NCBI GenBank assembly: GCA_030141605.1
Contig: JAQGDQ010001004.1
Span: 7,169-71,168, forward strand
DNA length: 64,000 nt
Reading direction: 5' to 3'
DNA from: Tubiluchus corallicola
Lineage: Eukaryota; Animalia; Priapulida
The notes under the pieces were generated by a model. That model was not told the DNA's origin, ran no database searches, and saw only the letters and a program-made list of their open reading frames with translations. Position numbers and translations under genes: made by a program. This document shows positions 55,819 to 64,000 of this stretch, piece by piece (positions within the stretch are counted from its first letter, which is position 1; every line of letters starts with the position of its first letter).

Positions 55819-56575
55819 GGTCCATTTCACCTAAGGGAAAATAACAATCGATTTCTGCCGGATATTCCACGTTGCAAGAAAATTCATTTCGTACAGAAAC
55901 CGCGCGATTTTTAGGGTCGTCCAATTTCTGTGTTATGTGTAGTTTCTGTGTTCAATTGCTCGTAAATTGAAGACTTGTTCATTCTATAAATTAATTTCTG
56001 ACAATTTCGAAGTTTGTGAATATATACATAATAATGATAAGCACGTGTTATTTTTTTGTTTTCACAAATATAATAATTGTTGTTGCATTAGTAAAAGGAA
56101 AAAATTGTTTACCTTGTTGCGGAAGCACGTGTGGTCGGGTCAGGGATAGGGTCCTCTGCACGCCCTGCTTTCACGTTAGCAGCTACTCACCCCTTTCTTA
56201 GATCCAGCCTGGGCTTACACGTGGTGTAAGAAGCCAGCTGGACCTGGAATGCCAGTACAAAAGCGCGTAGGTCACTACAGCTTGGATTTCTGACACAGGT
56301 GCTTCACGGCGTAGTATGAGTGTTGTTATTTAGTTTTTGGTGTATTTTCTTCCCCTTTTTCTGTTATAAGTGCTGGCAATACAGCTTGTTACAGTGGTAT
56401 TCTAGTATTCTATTTTGGGTGTGTTATATGACATGCTACGAAAGGTATATGCAGTTATTTCATAAACAGTTCATTATTAATTAAGATTCAACCCACTGTG
56501 TGGCCACCGACTCCCGAGCCAAGTCGAATTCAGTCTAATATAATTTTGCCGCGCGACCTCCGTGTGAAATGGGCT
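55819..56575. mobile_element. Possible PIF/Harbinger-type non-autonomous element
   Basis: TAA|GGTCCATTTCAC ... GTGAAATGGGCT|GAA, 10 of 12 TIR positions matching, similar to the TIR at 29473. Confidence 0.35.
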
Positions 56576-58056
56576 GAACTGATCCGCGAGTATAACGTCA
56601 TAAACGCGTTCACACCTGGCTAAGCCTGATCGAGTGTGATTGTAAATTATTATCCCACAATATTTAAATATTGATTTAAAAAACTGAATTTAACTTGATG
56701 GTGTAGGAGGAACTGAACGTCAATAAAAAAATCCAAGTCCTTAACCCTTTGACTGAGATCACGGTTCACCAAACCATTTTTAAAGGCCCTACGCCGGATA
56801 TCCACCGTACAAATTTCGTGAATATAACCCTTTGTATTTCCTAGTCAACATGAATTAAAACTCAATACTGTAACTGTTCATATTTTTTTCTTTTTTCGAG
56901 TCCTTAATATTATGAATTTTGGCTCCTATTTCGGTCTTTTGAAGAATCGTTAAAAGCCCAGTACATATCTACCCCACAATGCCTCAATACTTATTGAATA
57001 AACAGAATTAAACTCAAAGCCTTAGTAGAATTTGAATGACAATCGAAAAATTGACTGATGTCTAATGTCCTTGACCCTTTAACTAGTTATAGATCACTAT
57101 TCACCATAACCATTTACAATAGCTTATCCGAGGTTCTACCCCACAAATTTAGTGATTTTTTTCGTTTGCTAGTTAACATGAATTAAGAAATGGAAAACTA
57201 AAATTCATCTGTAACTTAATTTCAGTTGTGATTTGGTTAGATAGTAAAGATGGCATACTGTTTGCATTCCACAAAGGGACTTATGTAAGCAATAGTTTAT
57301 CCATTTTACTACTGTCTACCTTTCAATGCAAAATACCATTCTCAAAGGTATAACTTTTTCATGTATATCCATGTTTACGCAACGCTCCATATGAAACATA
57401 AGTTTTTAAGTAGAATTATTTTAATATTATGATAAGTAAATTATCGATTATAACATGCAATAGACTTGTTAGCCCTATAAAAAGCAGTATTATTTCTTAC
57501 TGAATTTTTTATTTTCCAGATAGCTTTGTGCTTTCTGCAGGGCTTACAAGACTATCAAGAATAAAAAATGAAAACAAGGGAGGAGAAAGAAAAATTGACT
57601 ACGATCTTTGTATAGTCATTTCGTACCATCTATAATGACGTTCTAGACATTAGTTTTACGTAGATTTGTAAAATAACGTACATGTGTAAAATTAAATAGG
57701 CTTTCAACCCTGTTTTACTAACATTCTATAGATAGCTGTATAGACAGTTTGCCTCTTTATCACAGTGGATACTTTTTACTTCACGAAGAGAAAAACTTGT
57801 GCACTATCATCTAGGATTATTTTGTAGAACATTTAACTTTAGGTACTTGATGCAGAAAAATTCTAGTAACCGACTCTTGCGCATGGCTCGAGCACTGTAT
57901 ATTTCACATGAAAGTTGGAGTAACATAAAGAAACTCCGTCTTTGCCTCCACTCAAACAGCATATAATAGGGAAAATATGTTAATTAACAATACTAACATT
58001 TAATTTAGATCATTCTAAGGAATGCCAGGAAATGCTTGCATCCCTCTGTACAAAAG

Positions 58057-58730
58057 AAGGCAAGGAAGAAAAGTGAATTTTAAACCATGTCCCAAGAAAA
58101 CTTTCCATAAAAAATTATATTACTTAGCATTACGCTTATCTGCTTGAAACACTTATGTAATTGGAAAAGACAATTCTTAATAATTTAAAATGTTCGTGCC
58201 AACTGTAAAAAATCACTGCATCACCATTCCAATGTGCACAAATGGCGCACCAAAAAACACATTATTGATCTTATTGACAATATAAAATAATTTATACTTT
58301 TGCTTAATTAGTTAAGGCGTGCGTTATCAATGACTGATTTGATCGTCTTAGATTATTTATACAAACTTTAAACAATCTTTTCTAAACTTGTTTCAAACGG
58401 CTTACCGTTAAAATGGCTGTCCTGTTACTGTTAACGAAAGCTTTGTACACAATAAGACAACATGTACGTGATACAAAAACAGGTGGTGTTTACAAATCCC
58501 CACACAATTTAAATACCCTAATGCTAACGCTAACGCTAACCCTAATCCTGACCCTAACCAACCCTAACCCTAATCCAAAGCCTAGCCATAATCCTAATCC
58601 AAACCCTAACCTTAAGCCTAACCCTAATCCACTTCACGAACTAATTTCTTGTGTGCGAGGAATTGTAAACCTTAGCCAAATTTTCTTGACAAATTTTTAA
58701 GCTTTATTTATGAATAGTGTTTTCTTGTCC
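58057..58730 (+). mobile_element. Kolobok-like MITE copy carrying a nested insertion
   Basis: Family core at 58080-58478 resumes at ~58680 and ends GTGTTTTCTTGTCC|TTAA. Confidence 0.75.
58480..58677. mobile_element. Helentron/HINE-like short insert with degenerate (CCCTAA)n
   Basis: Subterminal inverted repeats GTTTACAAATCCCCACACAA (58488-58507) and TTGTGTGCGAGGAATTGTAAAC (58649-58670) flank about 18 degenerate CCTAAC hexamers. Inserted in an A-run and absent from the sister MITE at 42030-42495. Confidence 0.6.
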
Positions 58731-61460
58731 TTAACTTTGAATAAAGAACACATACTCTAGTGTGCGTTAAATTTCTTAAAGAACTGTGTTGATTTTTGAT
58801 TTCCAATAAAAAGAGGAAAAAATCTTAAAAAACACTTAAATAAGAATTTTTATACCAAGTACTAAAGTACTTTACTTGTAATAATTTTTAAGCACAGAGA
58901 GCCTCATTTCCTGACACCCTGAACATTAATTATGAGAGAAAAACTATCCTAATGAACGCTTACATGAAAGCTGCTTGAACTGATGCAATCAAACAAACCT
59001 AGAATATTAAGGCAAATATTAAATCTAGAAGCTATACATAGGTATATACTTGCAAAATTACTATAATTATGTACATACATAGTCTGCTCATTGCAGTAAC
59101 TGATATTTACAATTTTCTAGCATTCATAGACGTTTTAAGTGACAAGTCATTCGTAAATTACAACATCTACTGAAAAATACAAACTGTAGCACTTATATTT
59201 TGTTGCAAAAATTTTATACATTCATATAATACACATCGACTATAACAGATAGTGCGTAGCTGGGAATAACTGAGTAGTCATGGTGTAAGCTTAGCGACTG
59301 CCGTTTAGGAGCGCCATACCTAATCAGTAAGGGTATAAGTAACTACCACCGAGGGGAAGGCGACCAGGGAATTGACAGCTCATGAAAATTGTACTGTTTT
59401 ACACCACTTAAAATTAATGTAAGCTGCTGAAGAGTTGACAACTTAAAATAATTATTTTCCTGGTAGCACACCTTGGCGTATATATCAGGCTAAAGTAATG
59501 CCCAGAAAAATCTATCTTAATTACAATCTTTGTATTTCGCACTCCCCGTGTTTCTCTGCATCAGAAAGTAGATTTTTCAAAATACGCCCATAGTTAAATG
59601 AACTTTAATTTTGAGTAAACACTATAGCGAAAATCGGCTACATAATGAAAAAATGAAAATTTAAGCAGAATATCTGCTTATTTCTGATTGTTTTTTGCAT
59701 CAGTTACACGATGTCGTTACATGCGCAGTTCGGCTTGATGATACCAGGAGTTGCTAGAACTTTTGTTTGTTGTACTTTAGATCTCGAGCTGATCACAAAT
59801 GATCCAAGACTGAAGCAAAAAAACAAGAGATCTTGACTTCCTTCGTGTATGCGAGTTCCACCACGTGGTTCCACCGTCCCACTTAGTTAAACCGATGCTG
59901 CCATCTATATGCTGCCACCGTCAAGTCCCATAACTACGTTCCTGTGATACTCATAGATCGAAATTTTATCATCAATTGTCTTGTGGGCTATAAAATGAGA
60001 AAACCTGGCTTAAGTACACACGTTTGCTTTCCAGCAAAAATTAATCTTTCGTATGCAAAAGCCAGAGGCGTGAAAACAATGAAAACTGTCAGAACCAGTG
60101 CCACGAGGGTATATCATTTACACGGAGGTTTTATTTGAACATTAACAACCATTTTCAGGCAGATTCAACCTTTTTTAAGACAGAGAACTTTTTTTCTATC
60201 TCTTGAGAACAAATTTACTTAAAAAGCATTCTAGGGAGAGATTCATTCTAAAACAAAGAGGCGATAATTGAACTCCTTTTGCTTCTCATAGGTTTAGTGC
60301 GTGAAATGATGAGGGAAATTTTAATCTACTGTTAAGTGTCGAAATATCACTGGGAATCGCTTGACGTAATAGGAATGATCATTAAAAGTACATTTACGCT
60401 GAATTTGTAATGTAGTCTTATCTAAGAAAAAACGTTTCAGAAAAGATAGCAGTCACGTGAGAGCGTGACTCGCATTTTAATTGAACACCATGCGCGAGGT
60501 GCGTGTTTCCAAATTTGTAGTTTTAAGTCAGCATTTCAGATGTAAGAATCATTTGTCTGCCATCGATTCAGAATTGAAAAACTTAAAAACTTATACGTTT
60601 AAACGATGTTGTGATTAAGATTCGTGGGGGTTTTGACATAAAAACCGAGGTCTTATGACAATTTCTGAAGAGGAGTTAGCTTCCTAAAACCCTCACGAAG
60701 AATCAATAATTTAGGTACAAATTAAAAGTGTTTACCTATATATGTGCATTTAACGTGTTAATAGGAAATAATACGGCTATTTTTACAGTGTTTACTATTT
60801 TTAATGGCAGTTTTTTCATTTGTTTATGGAAAGTTGTTTGGGGAATTTCGATTAAATTTCAATCTTTCCGTGATTAAGCATAATTCACATTCAAAATAAA
60901 TTATTGTTATAAAACCTAAAAATTAATTTGTTAGACGTGACTTATAGTGCTATTAGCATATCAGTCCAGCAATAACACCTTTTGTCCGCAAAACGGTTAA
61001 TTACTTTCTAGATTCGTTTCTATGCAGGTATTTGTAGTCCTACTGTGCTACTCTTTTGTTTTTATTTATATAGACTTTTGCGATTTTTTTTATCAAAATG
61101 CACAATATGAAGCCATTCTAAGCAGCTACTAAACTGCACACACTATCACATCGAAACTTTAAAATCAAAATTAATTTAGGACGACATGTCTAAAATACGA
61201 GTCTTCGGAAAAACGAAATCATCAGCATGCTGTTTGCATCGTTCATTGCTCAGCTGCAATGCAGAAGACATTCTTTAAAGGATCAGCAAGACCGGCAGGA
61301 GTACAGAGCGATTTTAAATGCAACCATTCCAGTTCTTCGTTCGAGTGTAACACAGACTTATACTATTGCGAATTATAACTAAATTGCCAGAAACATGCAC
61401 TATTTTCATTCTTATGAAAGATACAATAGTATCTTTAGTGAGTTTTAGTCTAGTGATAAC

Positions 61461-61461
<1 letters not shown>

Positions 61462-61526
<65 letters not shown>
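61462..61526. repeat. (TA)n microsatellite
   Basis: Seen directly. Confidence 0.97.
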
Positions 61527-61528
<2 letters not shown>

Positions 61529-62312
61529 GTACCACACAAGATATAAAATGCAGTCAGTGATGTTAACAGTAGTGCTCAGTGAAAGACAAGTCAATAAGAG
61601 AATATGCAAGCTTTTAGTAATTAACACATGCATGCTTCAAGCAGTAAATTTGTTCATCTGACTGTGCACAACTTCGATGTAGTAATATCAAGAAATTAAT
61701 GTAGTACTGATCATCAAAATTGCTTCATTCGTGCATCACACAATGTGCCACAATAACAACTCAACTGCATCAAACCAAATAGAAGAGATTTTTTACACAA
61801 AAGTTCTATATCTATGGGTATAGAATGACAAAACTTAAAACAGGAAAATGATTGACAGTATTTAGGACACGGTATAATAGTTTTGCACGAACATATCCAA
61901 ATTATTTTCAAACATGAATTAACTGAAAAATATTTTCGAAAATTACAAGTGTTGGAAGAATAAAAACTATTGTTTTATGTTACAGTATCAAAGACAGACC
62001 TAAAAGAGGTTATTCAAAAACTACACATTATAGAGATGTTTTCATAGTATTACTCTATTTAACAGTATCTATTATAAAAAGAAAAAGTCGTGGTAACATT
62101 GTTTTTTCAATGATCTCTTTTAGCACACTGTACTATTTTTCACGAAAACTTTTTTGACAATGCATCTATTAAATAGCAATGTATTTCTTACTTCTTCGCT
62201 ACCTGTAATTGTCAATCCAAAACAGTTAACAAACAGTTAAAACCTCTTTTAGCTGTTGTCCGTGACAGTGTAAGAGATCTGTGCGCTCACCCGACAAAAG
62301 GCTGGCGTGAGA

Positions 62313-62381
62313 CTAGGACGGGTTTCCCTCCCTTCTGCTTGTGGTGAAAGAGATCACTGACCTGAGGCCCTTTACAGAACT
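62313..62381 (-). CDS. RGS7: Terminal coding exon of the R7-family RGS gene
   Basis: Acceptor TGTCGTCTGCTCCTAACAG, phase 0, compatible with the upstream exon. Encodes SSVKGLRSVISFTTSRREGNPS* (TAG at 62313-62315). From memory, this resembles the SVKGIRS-type tail of arthropod RGS7-like proteins. Confidence 0.7.
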   Translation of the reverse strand, partial: SSVKGLRSVISFTTSRREGNPS

Positions 62382-62811
62382 CTGTTAGGAGCAGACGACA
62401 CAATTAGTACAATGTCCACACGAACATAATCATGCAACACCGCTCACTATGTGATATGTACTGTATGGCTGCAATAATATATAATAAATGCTATTGTGTT
62501 CTATGCAAGAAAACAACAAACCTAGAGCAGACATGTACAGCACAATGTAGACTTAAAAACGTGTTGTTAAAGTCCATGCAATTTATGCTTTTTGGGAGGA
62601 ACGACATACATTAAAAAATTACGCCTATGGGCTGTTTTCTGTTTTGCTTTCTTTGGTTCTTTAACTATAGGTAAGTTGACTCTGAAAACTCTGAAAGAGC
62701 TAAGTTTGTTCGATTTGTATTCATGTGTTATAATAACGAACTGAAAACTAGTATCGACTAAAAATAGCAATGTTCGGCTGTATAGACAGAACACGAATTT
62801 ACGATGACTTA

Positions 62812-62921
<110 letters not shown>

Positions 62922-63595
62922 GAGAACATCTTCTCAGGTCAGAATTGTTAACTTACAGAACAAATACCATAATCACTATAATTGCCTTACACAAGTATAA
63001 TAGCAGTCCTTTGTGCAATAACGTCAAGACAATGAGCACAACCATGATACAAGTTCTTTACAACACACGCACTAAGCACTAAGCACACTGTCATTCCAAG
63101 ATTCATGAAACAAAGAAATGTTTTAACATTCATTTCATTTTTGCTGTAAAGGTATGACTCCATGCGCGTGGTGCGTATGCAACAGCTTACATTTAAACAC
63201 ATGGAAGTACGTAATACGTAATGCGTGATGTGTAATACGTATTCATTCGAACGTGATGGCTGTCGTCTGAATACGCGTCACGCATTACGCGCACACAGAG
63301 TCGACTCTTAAGCAAGAATTTATTCTGTTTTTATTTGCAGCACGTAAATTCTTATGAACTGCAATTGAACAATTTGCCTATTGCGTATAATATATATACC
63401 ATTTATATATTTAGCAATTTTCTTGCTGTATATTATTAAGTGTTGAATTGTATAGGTTGTCATATTATCGTCATCTTCATTGTCGTCGTCAGCATTGTTA
63501 CCGTCGTCATTGTGATCGTCATCATTGTCATTGTCGCTATCATCATCATTGTCGTCTTTCATCATCTTTACCATCGTGTACACATTGTTTCTTAC

Positions 63596-63694
63596 CTGTA
63601 CTTTCTTTTTGCTGCCAGTAAGAAGCTCTTTGTACATCTCACATCGTAAGAATCTAGCATAGCTATCACTTTTCATTAGGTAGTAAATATGATC
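63596..63694 (-). CDS. RGS7: Internal exon of regulator of G-protein signalling, R7 family (RGS6/7, egl-10-like); end of the RGS domain. The gene extends beyond the window.
   Basis: Acceptor CTTGTTTTAG and donor CAG|GTAAGA bracket 99 nt encoding DHIYYLMKSDSYARFLRCEMYKELLTGSKKKVQ, similar to RGS7 [30 protein letters not shown]. The acidic extension in the ORF track is intronic (GAT/GAC)n. Confidence 0.9.
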
Positions 63695-64000
63695 CTAAAA
63701 CAAGTAAAACTAAACTGCATAGGTTAAGTCACTCAAGTCAGTACTTTTAAAGAGTTCTGACTGACACTCTATAAGAAGCCTTTGGCAAATTCTTCAATGA
63801 TTGTAAAAGAAATTTACCATTGTTCCAATAACTGAATTTGTCTTCTTTGGCAACACACGTTATTCTTGTTTAAAGGAAAACTCTGCCCAATATTAAACTG
63901 TAGGTCAAAACAATCTACTCTTTAAAATATTGAACGGAAACGTCCCATTTTTTATAAATGACTTACGGAAAGAATTACCATACAAACGCAAGTTAATATT

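Noticed and set aside
56737-57190. Diverged ~120-bp direct repeats ~330 bp apart as LTRs of a mini-retroelement
   Set aside because: No TG...CA ends, PBS, PPT or TSD. More likely an old local duplication.
58517-58631. Interstitial telomere from a chromosome fusion
   Set aside because: It is short, degenerate, single-orientation, and nested inside a small inverted-repeat element.
60664-60690. Hammerhead-like CTGAAGA-GGAG..TTCC core; similar partial motifs at ~41805 and ~53257
   Set aside because: The required GAAA or the flanking stems are missing.
63320-63595. Acidic (Asp-rich) C-terminal tail on the RGS protein
   Set aside because: It lies after a consensus donor CAG|GTAAGA and is a (GAT/GAC)n repeat. 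A better terminal exon exists at 62313-62381.

Overview
This is AT-rich animal DNA, probably from an invertebrate bilaterian. It is gene-poor and has spliceosomal introns. I see no prokaryotic operons, CRISPR arrays, or rRNA/tRNA genes. Two minus-strand genes look intact. One is a divergent, intron-poor MATH-BTB (SPOP/TDPOZ-like) gene at about 43.3-44.6 kb, whose likely second exon is not a recognisable SPOP C-terminus. The other is the last two coding exons of an R7-family RGS gene (RGS6/7, egl-10-like) at 62.3-63.7 kb. The first ~17 kb is a mosaic of old local duplications carrying orphan gene fragments: an 81-bp glycogenin N-terminal segment repeated about 2.85 times in frame, and a cyclase/kynurenine-formamidase-family pseudo-exon. 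The rest is mostly transposon relics and repeats. These include a Helitron-like element, a hAT element with perfect TIRs and an 8-bp TSD, a multi-copy TTAA-flanked (Kolobok-like) MITE family, a solo LTR, a Helentron/HINE-like insert with telomere-like hexamers, several CR1-group and RTE-like LINE fragments, and many micro- and minisatellites. Most short ORFs in the supplied track are artefacts of low-complexity sequence. I found no demonstrable new biological system. All homology calls come from recognising motifs by eye, not from database searches.
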